DNA of 64,000 nt from an uncultured Candidatus Saccharibacteria bacterium. Its GTDB lineage: Bacteria > Patescibacteriota > Minisyncoccia > 2-02-FULL-40-12 > GWA2-44-9. The stretch's first letter is position 1. Each line of letters begins with the position of its first letter. The translations under genes and the position numbers were made by a program. The notes beneath the pieces are model-generated. The model ran no database searches. It was not told the DNA's origin and worked only from the letters and a program-made list of their open reading frames with translations. Location of the stretch: assembly GCA_964513645.1 (NCBI GenBank), contig CAZENF010000003.1:127914-191913 (forward strand). The letters are read 5' to 3'. Positions 8,387 to 17,430 of the stretch are shown here, piece after piece.

Positions 8387-9895
8387 ATGTCCAATAAGGC
8401 AGATGGTAAACTCAAAATACTTTTTGTCGCTTCCGAAGCGGCCCCTTTTGTTAAGGTTGGTGGTTTAGGCGAAGTGATGCGCTCCTTACCTAAGGCGCTA
8501 CGGAAACTCGGCCATGATGCCCGTGTTCTTATTCCCAAATACGCATCCATAGATCTTGAAAAATATCCTCTCGAGACCGAACTTAACAACATCAAGATCG
8601 CGAGCGGCGACAAGGACCCTTACGGTATTCTCATCTGTAACATTCTGAATCATGTGGGCTCCGACGGGGCTATCAATTATTTTCTTGAGAACATGGAATA
8701 TTATGAAAAAAGGGCCAATGTTTACGGTTATACCGATGATACGGTCCGCTGGGTCCTTCTTTCGAAGGCGGCTCTTGAGTTTGTCAGACAATCCAAATGG
8801 AAGCCGGACCTTATCGTCGCTTCTGACTGGCAGACCGGCTTTATTCCTAACCTCGTTCATACAGAATACAAAGATGATCCGGTACCCTCAAAGATACCCG
8901 TTGTTTTCTCTATCCATAATCTCAAATACCAAGGAACGTTCGATCCACGTTTTGTTTCGGAGATGGATTTTGATTCCGGTCAGGCTCCGATATCTGATTT
9001 TTTTGACCCCCAGACCCATAAATTAAGTGGGATGAGAAGGGGAATAATGTTCGCCGATGTTATCAATACTGTTTCCGAGACCTATGCCAGAGAAATTCTG
9101 ACCGAAGAGTTCGGTGAAGGTTTGGATAAACTTTTAAGTGAGCGTAAAAGCCGTCTTTTCGGTATTCTTAATGGCATTGATGTGGAATCTCTTAATCCAG
9201 AGACGGACAAAGAACTCGAAGTTAATTACAATATTCGTTCGACCGACAAAAGAAAAGAGAACAAGACCAGTCTTCAGAAACAATTCGGTTTGCCTCCTGA
9301 CGAGAATGTTTTTGTCATCGGGATGGTTTCGCGTATCGACGGCCAGAAGGGATTCGACCTGGTGACGCAAATGATCGGCCCCTTGATGGACAACATAAAC
9401 TTCCAGTTTGTTATCGTCGGAGAGGGCGATACCGGTTATCGGACATTTTTCGAAGAGCTTAAGGTTAAATATCCCGACCGGGTCGGTACGCATTTTTCAT
9501 TTGATTCACGTCTGCCGCGTCTGGTTTTCGGTGGCGCGGACGGGGTTTTGATACCCTCAAGATTCGAGCCCTCGGGTCTGGTGCAGATGGAAGCGATGCG
9601 CTACGGTGCCGTGCCTATTGTCAGGAAGGTTGGCGGCTTGGCGGATTCGGTTGCAGATTTTGCTCCGGAGTCTGACAGCGGTACCGGATTTGTTTTCGAA
9701 AGATACGATGCTTTTTCTCTGACGACTGCAATAATTCGAGCTCACGAACTTTACCGCCACAAAAAGGAATGGGAAAAGCTTGTTAAAAGAGCGATGACTG
9801 AAGACTTTTCTTGGGAAAAGTCCGCCGCGGAATACATAAAACTATTTGAAATGGCACTAAGGTTTCACAAGGAAAAAAGCGATGAGGTGGGCTAA
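8387..9895 (+). CDS. glgA: Glycogen/starch synthase (GT5)
   Basis: SEAAPFVKVGGLG, DWQT, IHNLKYQG, GILNGID, QKG, PSRFEPSGLVQMEAMRYG. Confidence 0.92.
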   Translation: MSNKADGKLKILFVASEAAPFVKVGGLGEVMRSLPKALRKLGHDARVLIPKYASIDLEKYPLETELNNIKIASGDKDPYGILICNILNHVGSDGAINYFLENMEYYEKRANVYGYTDDTVRWVLLSKAALEFVRQSKWKPDLIVASDWQTGFIPNLVHTEYKDDPVPSKIPVVFSIHNLKYQGTFDPRFVSEMDFDSGQAPISDFFDPQTHKLSGMRRGIMFADVINTVSETYAREILTEEFGEGLDKLLSERKSRLFGILNGIDVESLNPETDKELEVNYNIRSTDKRKENKTSLQKQFGLPPDENVFVIGMVSRIDGQKGFDLVTQMIGPLMDNINFQFVIVGEGDTGYRTFFEELKVKYPDRVGTHFSFDSRLPRLVFGGADGVLIPSRFEPSGLVQMEAMRYGAVPIVRKVGGLADSVADFAPESDSGTGFVFERYDAFSLTTAIIRAHELYRHKKEWEKLVKRAMTEDFSWEKSAAEYIKLFEMALRFHKEKSDEVG

Positions 9896-11372
9896 TTTTC
9901 TACATATTTACCAGCCGGCAGGGCAGCAACCGGATATTTTAGCGGCTGTATCCAATCAAAGCTATCGGCCGATACTTCAAGGCATTAAAGAAAACCCCAA
10001 AGCCAAAATGACCCTCAATATCAATGGGGTTCTTCTCGAGATGTTCGATCAGCACGGATATCGGGATCTGATCGATCTGATAAACGAACTCATGACGGAT
10101 GGTCGTCTCGAACTGACCGGTTCGGCAAAATATCACGCCCTTCTTCCATTTTTGTCTGAACAGGAGTTGATAAGGCAAGTTCAGGAAAACACAGAAACCT
10201 TAACCTTTTATACTGATAAAAAATTTAAGCCCCAGGGATTCTTTCCGCCGGAGATGGCTTACGATGAAAAAATAGTCCCCGCTATTGAGAGCTTAGGATA
10301 CAAATGGTTCATTATCGATGAGATAGCATGCGGAGGCAAGACAGGCCAGGTTGATTATACGAAGATATATAAAATTAAAGGTTCTTCCATGTCTGTTTTT
10401 TTTCGGGAACGTCGGCCCAGTAATCTTATAATGGGAGCGGCTGTCAGGTCTTTTGAAACTTTACGTGAGGCGATAGGTGGTGATATTAAGTCGGAGAGAT
10501 ACATGATAATCGGAATGGACGGGGAAACTTTCGGGCATCATCGGCCGGGATTAGATAAGCTTTTGTTGCAAATATTCCGGTCTTCAGAGTTCGAACTTGT
10601 AAAAATATCCGACCTCTTCAATTACTACCACGATGTTGTTGAGATAAACCCGGTTAAATCTACCTGGGCTTCAAGTGAAGAAGATATCGAAAAGGGTGTC
10701 CAGTTCCTGTCGTGGCGTGATCCCGATAATGAAATACATCGTTGGCAGCAGGAATTAGTAGATATTGCACTCGAAGGAGTATACGGAATGGATAAAACCT
10801 CGGCTCAATATGCGAATACGAGGCGCTTAATGGATGAAGCTTTGTCGAGTGATCAGTTCTGGTGGGCATCGGCCAAGCCCTGGTGGAGTCTGGAGGAAAT
10901 AGTCAGAGGAGCGGTTATGTGTTTCTCCATCATCAAAGACATACCGGCTATTGATAAGGAAAAAGTTGAGCATGCCCGGTTTTTGTATGAAAAAATAATA
11001 TCGACTGCTTTTCAGTGGAAAAGAAGCGGCAAAGTATATGACATGCTCCAGGCCCGTAAGAATATCACGAAGATACCGTTCAAGGAGAGGACGTTTGAAA
11101 AAGGAGGAGATGAAGAAGCAAAATACCTCGCTTTTATTGAGCTGTTAAAAACTCTCGAGAAAGAAGCTGTGGGAAAAGGGGAATATGAAAAAGCTATTCT
11201 GTGGCGCGATTCTATCTGGAAAATAGAAAATAAATCTGATATCTACGATGCGATGCATGCGATCGATCTTTTAAGGATGGAGATACCCAACTTTGAAGTT
11301 GAGGAAATTATTAAAAAATATCAGAAAAAATACCGTGAGATACGGGGTGGTCAGCCGGAACAGAGAGGATAA
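9882..11372 (+). CDS. GH57-family glycoside hydrolase
   Basis: HIYQP, SYRP, GSAKYHALLP, FFPPEMA (nucleophile), DGETFGHH (acid/base), SSDQFWW. Confidence 0.85.
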   Translation: MRWANFLHIYQPAGQQPDILAAVSNQSYRPILQGIKENPKAKMTLNINGVLLEMFDQHGYRDLIDLINELMTDGRLELTGSAKYHALLPFLSEQELIRQVQENTETLTFYTDKKFKPQGFFPPEMAYDEKIVPAIESLGYKWFIIDEIACGGKTGQVDYTKIYKIKGSSMSVFFRERRPSNLIMGAAVRSFETLREAIGGDIKSERYMIIGMDGETFGHHRPGLDKLLLQIFRSSEFELVKISDLFNYYHDVVEINPVKSTWASSEEDIEKGVQFLSWRDPDNEIHRWQQELVDIALEGVYGMDKTSAQYANTRRLMDEALSSDQFWWASAKPWWSLEEIVRGAVMCFSIIKDIPAIDKEKVEHARFLYEKIISTAFQWKRSGKVYDMLQARKNITKIPFKERTFEKGGDEEAKYLAFIELLKTLEKEAVGKGEYEKAILWRDSIWKIENKSDIYDAMHAIDLLRMEIPNFEVEEIIKKYQKKYREIRGGQPEQRG

Positions 11373-11375
11373 ATT

Positions 11376-11401
11376 AAAAATACCCCTTAGGGGGTATTTT
11401 T
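11376..11401. terminator. Bidirectional intrinsic terminator
   Basis: AAAAATACCCC-ttag-GGGGTATTTTT between convergent genes. Confidence 0.75.
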
Positions 11402-12145
11402 TGCAGTTAGAACTTTCATCATCAGTTCCGGGCAATCGGTCACAATTCCGTCAACACCTAAATCAACGAATTTCTCGATCGTTTCGAGATCATTAAATAT
11501 GCCGGCCAGGACTTTTACGCCTTGCCGATTAACTTCCCGTATCTGTTTTTTAAGGGATGCTTTCCGGCCGCCGAGTGTTGCGAACAATAATCTACTTAGC
11601 AGAGATTCCTGAAGCCAGCCGATGGAAATAATATCAGGCCGGTATTTTGCTACGATTTTAGGAAGGTTGACCGGCCACATCACGATGAGATGTGTTTTGA
11701 TTGCCGAGTTCAAAGTTTTGGCAAAAGTGAGAAGTCTCGCATCGGATTCGATATTGAACATTACCAGGCGTTTTTGGAAAGCGGTCAGATAAACCCTCTC
11801 TTCGAGACCGTTGGCGGTAATCGCCCGAACAGCGTCTCCGACAAGCCCGAAAGAGTTTTGTTTTATGTCGAGGAGGCACGAAACATTGTCGAGTGTCTTG
11901 AGCATGCCCATCAGTTCATCGAGGTCCATGATATTGAATACCGAATTTCGAAGTTCCGCGTAGCTATAGCAGATAAGGTCGGGCTTGATGCTACCTGGGT
12001 GGTAGATTATTGGCTTTCCGTCCCAGGAATGGCAAATATCGGTTTCGATGCAGGTTATGCCTGCCCGGTAAAGATAAATTAACCCTTGGCGACTGTTGCC
12101 TATTTCGATGGGAGAAGCTCTGGTCCGGTGAGCCCAGATTTCCAT
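11387..12145 (-). CDS. Glycerophosphodiester phosphodiesterase-family protein (divergent)
   Basis: WAHR, IETDI...DGKPIIYH, LLDIK, GVDGIVTD.P. Confidence 0.75.
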   Translation of the reverse strand: MEIWAHRTRASPIEIGNSRQGLIYLYRAGITCIETDICHSWDGKPIIYHPGSIKPDLICYSYAELRNSVFNIMDLDELMGMLKTLDNVSCLLDIKQNSFGLVGDAVRAITANGLEERVYLTAFQKRLVMFNIESDARLLTFAKTLNSAIKTHLIVMWPVNLPKIVAKYRPDIISIGWLQESLLSRLLFATLGGRKASLKKQIREVNRQGVKVLAGIFNDLETIEKFVDLGVDGIVTDCPELMMKVLTAKNTP

Positions 12146-12191
12146 AATAGTTTTTTGTGAATGAGCTTTAGTGTATGGTATAATTTTTCTA

Positions 12192-12752
12192 ATGAATAAA
12201 TCAACCCTAAAAGAAGCTATGTTCGGAGCGGGATGTTTTTGGGGAGTTCAGTATAATTTTGACCAACTGAAAGGTGTGATTGAAACAGAGGTCGGTTATG
12301 CCGGTGGACACACCGATAAACCGACTTACAAAGAAGTTTGTACCGACAAAACCGGCCATGCCGAAGTTGTTCATTTGCAGTATGACACTTCGGTCGTCAG
12401 TTACGAAGAATTGCTCAAAAATTTTTGGGAAAATCATGACCCAACAACAATGAACCGTCAGGGTCCGGATATTGGCAGCCAATACCGCTCGATAATTTTT
12501 TATTATGATGAAGAGCAGAAACGGACGGCGGAAAGGTCAAAAGAAGAGCTCGGTAAATCAGGCGAGTACATGAATCCCGTACGAAGTCTCGCTCGCGACA
12601 AAGTCACGAGTCCTCAAAAGGACCTCGGCGAGGCTACTTCGTACGGGATGAACAAAGTCGTGACCGAGATCGTCCCGGCCTCGCAGTTCTACAAAGCCGA
12701 GGAATATCATCAGAAATATTTTGAGAAGACCGGCCAGAAAGTTTGTCATTGA
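12192..12752 (+). CDS. msrA: Peptide methionine sulfoxide reductase MsrA carrying a 26-aa in-frame insertion
   Basis: GCFWG, GYAGG, TGHAEVV, HDPT..NRQGPDIGSQYRS, AEEYHQKY; ATG 12192 follows a TGGTATAAT box. Confidence 0.95.
   Translation: MNKSTLKEAMFGAGCFWGVQYNFDQLKGVIETEVGYAGGHTDKPTYKEVCTDKTGHAEVVHLQYDTSVVSYEELLKNFWENHDPTTMNRQGPDIGSQYRSIIFYYDEEQKRTAERSKEELGKSGEYMNPVRSLARDKVTSPQKDLGEATSYGMNKVVTEIVPASQFYKAEEYHQKYFEKTGQKVCH
12570..12652. mobile_element. 78-nt palindromic insertion (MITE/RPE-like) in frame within msrA
   Basis: Perfect 14-bp inverted repeats (12574-12587, 12636-12649); ATGAA direct repeats 78 nt apart (12570, 12648). Confidence 0.8.
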
Positions 12753-12984
12753 TTTATAGATATCTTTTGGCTCGGATCGGATGTCCAAAATCTCTGCGCA
12801 TTTTGGCACCCTATCCCCTCGGCATTTCGAAGATCCGTTGTTAAGTCCGTGCTTATTTGTTACCGAAAATTATTCGTCAAAGCTCTAATTTTCGAACAAA
12901 TGGGCACTACCGCCTTACAGCGTCTTATTGATGAGCCGAAATGCCTGCGGGAAATTCCTCGCTAAAAGATATCTATAAATCAAT
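12748..12984. repeat. 237-nt inverted-repeat element (MITE-like or structured RNA)
   Basis: 24-nt terminal arms (12748-12771, 12961-12984) with one G-T pair; nested internal stems. Confidence 0.7.
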
Positions 12985-13027
12985 ATTTTCGCAGACTGTC
13001 TTTTTTGAACATCTAAATACTTAAATT

Positions 13028-13248
13028 GAATTTGCGCAGCCTGTCCCAATTTTTGTCACTTGATGAGCCGAATGAATTTAAGAAGATAGTTTAGATTTCT
13101 ATATCAAAATAATAGGTCGAGCGCCGAACGATAGTGAGGAGGCAAGCGAGGGTTACCTGTTATTTTGATAATAAAATCTATGCTATTCTGAATAAATTTA
13201 TGAGGCGAGGAACCGTGACCAAAAATTGGGACAGGCGAAAGCAAATTT
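13028..13248. repeat. ~220-nt rod-like inverted-repeat element
   Basis: GCCTGTCCCAATTTTT (13039-13054) pairs with 13221-13236; further nested stems to a central purine-rich loop. Confidence 0.7.
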
Positions 13249-13259
13249 ATAAATAAAAA

Positions 13260-13673
13260 ATGACCAAAGACGAAATACAAAAAATGAATGAAGAAGATTG
13301 GAAGAAAAAGCTGACGCCGAAACAGTATAAAATTTTGCGTGAGAAGGGTACGGAAATGGCCTTTACCGGCAAGTATTATAAGAATCATGAGTCGGGGATG
13401 TATGTCTGCGGCGCCTGTGGCCAGGAATTATTCTCTTCAGATACCAAGTTTGATTCAGGTTCCGGCTGGCCGAGTTTCACGGATCCGGTCAACCGTGAGA
13501 ATGTTGAACTAAAACTCGATACCAGTCATGGCATGAACCGTGTCGAGGTTATCTGCAAGAATTGCGGTTCTCATCTGGGCCATGTCTTTGATGACGGCCC
13601 GAAGGATAAGGGTGGCAAACGCTTTTGTATCAATTCCTGTGCTCTGGATTTTAAAAAGAAAGAAGATAAATAA
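13260..13673 (+). CDS. msrB: Peptide methionine sulfoxide reductase MsrB
   Basis: [43 protein letters not shown]. Confidence 0.95.
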   Translation: MTKDEIQKMNEEDWKKKLTPKQYKILREKGTEMAFTGKYYKNHESGMYVCGACGQELFSSDTKFDSGSGWPSFTDPVNRENVELKLDTSHGMNRVEVICKNCGSHLGHVFDDGPKDKGGKRFCINSCALDFKKKEDK

Positions 13674-13675
13674 AA

Positions 13676-14791
13676 ATGAAACGTCGAGATATAATCATAG
13701 TCATAGTTGTTTTAGCCGCTTTTGGTCTGATTTGGTATTTCCAAGACAGAAGTAGTATCTCACTACCAACCTCGGTAAATACGCAGTCGGGAGGGGTGGT
13801 TCAGGTTCAGAGTTTATTAAAACCGGAGAGTGACAAAGGATTTTCTGCCGCCCCCGACCTGACCGATGTTCAGGGATTTATAAATTCAAAACCCTTCAAA
13901 CTCCAGGATTATATCGGTAAAAAAGTTATTCTCATTGATTTCTGGACTTACAGCTGTATCAACTGTCAAAGAACCACGCCGTATTTGAATAGCTGGTGGG
14001 AAAAATATAACGACAAAGGTCTTCTGATCGTCGGAGTTGAAACGCCTGAATTTGAATTTGAAAAACATCTTGAAAATGTCCAGGCGGGCGTTGATAAACT
14101 CGGCATAAAATATCCTGTCGTCCAGGATAATAATTACGGGACCTGGAATGCTTACGGCAACCGCTACTGGCCCAGAAAATATCTCATCAATCTCGACGGC
14201 TACGTCGTCTACGATCATATCGGAGAGGGCGGTTACCAGGAAACCGAACAAAAAATTCAGGAAGTTCTTAATGAAAGAATGGCGGCCTTAGGAACGACAG
14301 GCAGTTTGACCGAAAGTTTAACTTCCGAACAAAACGACCATCTTGGTGATATCCAAAGCCCGGAAACATATTTTGGTTCAGGTCGGAATGAATATTTTGG
14401 CAACGGGACTGGCGCCCAGAACGGTACGCAGAATTTGACCAGACCTAAAAATATTCAGCTAAATCAGTTTTACCTGAACGGTAACTGGGAATTTTCTCCG
14501 GAATATGCCGAAAATAAATCTGAAAATGCGAGTATAATTTATAAATATAACTCTAAAAACGTTTATTTTGTGGCCGGTTCGGATAATGGTGCTAAGATCA
14601 AGGTTCTCCAGGACGGCCAGCCGGTTTCTGGTGCGGCGGGAGATGATGTCGCCAAAGATGGCACTGGCGGAGGTTTTATCAAGGAAAATCGGCTTTATAA
14701 ATTAATTTCTAACCCTTCCGCCGGCGAGCACACCCTTGAAATAATCATTGAAGAGCCCGGTCTTAAAGCGTTTACGTTCACATTCGGATAA
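13676..14791 (+). CDS. Membrane-anchored thioredoxin-like protein (DipZ C-terminal-like)
   Basis: N-terminal TM; DFWTYSCINCQRT, PEFEFEK, YWPRKYL, HIGEGGY, SPETYFG, AFTFTFG. Confidence 0.85.
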   Translation: MKRRDIIIVIVVLAAFGLIWYFQDRSSISLPTSVNTQSGGVVQVQSLLKPESDKGFSAAPDLTDVQGFINSKPFKLQDYIGKKVILIDFWTYSCINCQRTTPYLNSWWEKYNDKGLLIVGVETPEFEFEKHLENVQAGVDKLGIKYPVVQDNNYGTWNAYGNRYWPRKYLINLDGYVVYDHIGEGGYQETEQKIQEVLNERMAALGTTGSLTESLTSEQNDHLGDIQSPETYFGSGRNEYFGNGTGAQNGTQNLTRPKNIQLNQFYLNGNWEFSPEYAENKSENASIIYKYNSKNVYFVAGSDNGAKIKVLQDGQPVSGAAGDDVAKDGTGGGFIKENRLYKLISNPSAGEHTLEIIIEEPGLKAFTFTFG

Positions 14792-14808
14792 TGTGATATA
14801 ATTAAATT

Positions 14809-16137
14809 ATGCCAAAAGACATTGACCTAATTTATCAGCAGACGGCGATGATCGAGCCGAAAGAAATCAAAGCCGGCCAGGAGGCCCTGAAGGATTATGT
14901 TGATTTTGTTTTTAAGGTTGCGAGTGAAGTTAATTATGATTACAACGAATCATCGATAAATCTGTCTCAAGACGATAATTTTAAGAACTATGTTCTTGCC
15001 AAGGTCCAGCAATGGAAAAACCCCGAGCTCAAATATATCGTCGTCGTCGGTATCGGCGGTTCGAATATCGGCACGATGGCGGTTTATCGGGCCTTACGTG
15101 GACGTCTTGAGGTTTTCATGGGCCAGAATGTTCCCAAAATAATCTTTGTTGATACGGTTTCTCCGCCGCTGATCAATCAGGTGGTAAAATTTCTCGAAGG
15201 TCAGGTTTCGAGCCCGGCTGAAGTCCTGGTCAACATGATATCCAAATCAGGTACGACCCTCGAGTCAGTAGCCAATTTCGAGGTTGTCTACGAAGTCCTT
15301 AAGAAAAAATTCGGCGAAGCCATAGATCAGCGTCTTATTTTTACCACTGACCGTGATACCAAGCTCTGGACCAAGGCCGAAGAGAAAAAACTCGAACTGC
15401 TTGAAATTCCCCAAGCCGTGAACGGCCGCTACTCGATATTGTCTTCGGTCGGTATGTTCCCTTTGGGTCTGGCCGGTTTTAACCCCCAGTTATTCTGGGA
15501 CGGCGCTTCGAGAATGGTGAAAAGGTGTGTCACTCGGAACGATCAGAATCCGGCGATGATATCCGCTATCTTGACCTACATGCACTATGCCAAAGGTTTG
15601 AACATTTACAATAATTTTTATTTTAATCCGGAGCTTAAATCGCTCGGCAAATGGCATTCGCAGCTTTTGGCCGAAGGCGTCGGCAAGGAATATAATCTTA
15701 ACAAGCAAAAAGTAAATCTCGGAATTACCCCGATGGTCACCATCGGTTCAACTGACCTTCATTCCATTGCCCAGCTTTGTCTGGCCGGTCCGAAAGATAA
15801 ATTTACCCAATTCGTTCATGCTGCACAGAAGGACGGTTCGCCGGTCGTGCCGAAGGAATTGTTCCTGCCTGACCTCGATCCCAATATCGCCGGCAAGTCA
15901 ATCGCCGACATCGTTGGAGCTATCTATTACGGTATTAAAATAGCATATCTTAAAAATTCTCTTCCGTTCTCTGAAATAATAATGTCCGATATTTCTGAAG
16001 ATTCTCTCGGTCAGTACATGCAGCTTAAAATGATAGAGACGATGTATCTGGCCCGTCTGATGGGAGTGAATGCTTTTGACCAACCGAAGGTCGAGGATTA
16101 CAAACGCGAAGCGGTGGAGTATCTCAAGAAACTTTAA
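14809..16137 (+). CDS. pgi: Glucose-6-phosphate isomerase
   Basis: GIGGS, SKSGTTLE, GRYS, QLLAEG.GK, TDLHS, FDQP.VE.YK. Confidence 0.88.
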   Translation: MPKDIDLIYQQTAMIEPKEIKAGQEALKDYVDFVFKVASEVNYDYNESSINLSQDDNFKNYVLAKVQQWKNPELKYIVVVGIGGSNIGTMAVYRALRGRLEVFMGQNVPKIIFVDTVSPPLINQVVKFLEGQVSSPAEVLVNMISKSGTTLESVANFEVVYEVLKKKFGEAIDQRLIFTTDRDTKLWTKAEEKKLELLEIPQAVNGRYSILSSVGMFPLGLAGFNPQLFWDGASRMVKRCVTRNDQNPAMISAILTYMHYAKGLNIYNNFYFNPELKSLGKWHSQLLAEGVGKEYNLNKQKVNLGITPMVTIGSTDLHSIAQLCLAGPKDKFTQFVHAAQKDGSPVVPKELFLPDLDPNIAGKSIADIVGAIYYGIKIAYLKNSLPFSEIIMSDISEDSLGQYMQLKMIETMYLARLMGVNAFDQPKVEDYKREAVEYLKKL

Positions 16138-16366
16138 TTACTGTCAAATACCCGCCGGAGAAGATTGATCATGCGGGGGAATTCGTTTAAACCGCGATTA
16201 ATTCATATTTTGTGCTTGTCTCCGGTCTTGTTATCCACTCTATTTCAGCCACCTATGGTAAAATTAGTATGTAGAACTCTTAAATAATATCGGATTTTTG
16301 AAGTTTGAATTTCGAATTATTTTTCGGTCATAATTCATAATTCTCTGTTCATAATTCGGTTATAAA

Positions 16367-16699
16367 ATGGGCTTATTCTTCTTACGGTTTGGGGTTGCGG
16401 CGGTTTTCATGTACCATTCTATTGGCAAACTTAGGGATCCTGAAAGATTTGCTCACGGAATGGGATGGAATTTTGGCCAAGCCCTGGGACTGGGCATCAT
16501 TGAGTTCATGTCGGCTCTCGCTGTTTTGGGCGGAGTAGGAGCCGGAACAGCCGCTCTTTTCTTGATGATAATAATGGCCGGAGCGATATATCACAAGGTG
16601 TTCAAATGGAACATACCTTTCATGGGTCGCGACAAAACCGGCTGGGAACTTGATTTTCTTTTGTTCCTTGCCTGCTTTACTATATATTTGAGATTCTAA
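16367..16699 (+). CDS. DoxX-family membrane protein
   Basis: LRFGVAAVFMYH..GKL, E.., GWELD motifs; mostly hydrophobic. Confidence 0.75.
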   Translation: MGLFFLRFGVAAVFMYHSIGKLRDPERFAHGMGWNFGQALGLGIIEFMSALAVLGGVGAGTAALFLMIIMAGAIYHKVFKWNIPFMGRDKTGWELDFLLFLACFTIYLRF

Positions 16700-16709
16700 A
16701 AGGCGGAAT

Positions 16710-16727
16710 CTGCCTGTCGGCAGGCAG
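16710..16727. repeat. Short REP-like palindrome CTGCCTG-tcgg-CAGGCAG
   Basis: Perfect 7-bp inverted repeat in a short intergenic gap, no U-tract. Confidence 0.5.
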
Positions 16728-16745
16728 GGCGGTCAACAAGTTATA

Positions 16746-16973
16746 ATGATAAAAATATACACAACCCCTATTTGTGCTTACTGCAAAATGGCGAAGGAAT
16801 ACTTTAAGTCTAAAAACCTCAATTACGAGGAGATAAGTTTGGTCGGCAATCCTGAAGCCCAACAGCTCGTTATTTCCAAGACCGGCATTGTTGCCGCACC
16901 TATTATCGAGATAAAGAACAAATTCATCATTGGTTTCGACCGATCCAAAATAGACCTGGCGCTTAATTCTTAA
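16746..16973 (+). CDS. Glutaredoxin-like protein (NrdH/YruB type)
   Basis: YTTPICAYC (CxxC), AP.I.I, GFD. Confidence 0.85.
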   Translation: MIKIYTTPICAYCKMAKEYFKSKNLNYEEISLVGNPEAQQLVISKTGIVAAPIIEIKNKFIIGFDRSKIDLALNS

Positions 16974-16977
16974 ATTT

Positions 16978-17358
16978 ATGCCGCGGAGGAGGTTAATTAT
17001 CCTCATTACTCTGACGGTTATTACGGCGACGGCCGGTTTTTTATTTTGGCGCAAATACAAGGAGTGGCGCGCCGAAAGGGTATACATAGAAGCGATGACA
17101 GCCGATACTTATGGCGGGAAAACGCCGGAAGAAACCATTAACTTGTTCAAGGCTGCTCTCGAGAAAGGCGATGTCGAACTGGCCTCGAAATATTTTATGT
17201 TCGACAACAATTTATCAAAGGATAAATGGTTAAAAACTCTCATGGTCTTTAAGAACAAGGGTGTCCTGGGTGAGATGGCCAAAGACGTAAATTTAAATTC
17301 ACTCGACATCCAGCCCGATAAATATTCCGGTGTTTGGAAAATAGTTAATTTTAAATAG
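16978..17358 (+). CDS. Hypothetical membrane-anchored protein
   Basis: N-terminal TM, DTYGGKTPEET...ALEKGDVELASKYF; 4 nt after the glutaredoxin gene. Confidence 0.7.
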   Translation: MPRRRLIILITLTVITATAGFLFWRKYKEWRAERVYIEAMTADTYGGKTPEETINLFKAALEKGDVELASKYFMFDNNLSKDKWLKTLMVFKNKGVLGEMAKDVNLNSLDIQPDKYSGVWKIVNFK

Positions 17359-17368
17359 AACAGTTTAA

Positions 17369-17396
17369 TTGACCTCTCTCAAATTTTCCTTATAAT
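17369..17396 (+). promoter_or_regulatory. Sigma70-type promoter
   Basis: TTGACC-16 nt-TATAAT; SD AGGAG before GTG 17431. Confidence 0.55.
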
Positions 17397-17430
17397 ATCC
17401 CTACACGTTCTTTTAAATCAGGAGTTTTGA

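Noticed and set aside
12570-12652. Intein or self-splicing group I/II intron in msrA
   Set aside because: Far too short; no C/S...HN intein ends or intron core motifs
12821-12945. Hammerhead ribozyme (TGATGAG-CC-GAAA)
   Set aside because: Core begins with T rather than C and there is no room for stem II; kept only as a motif observation
16329-16358. Three CATAATTC repeats upstream of DoxX
   Set aside because: Short, AT-rich and irregularly spaced; not distinguishable from slippage
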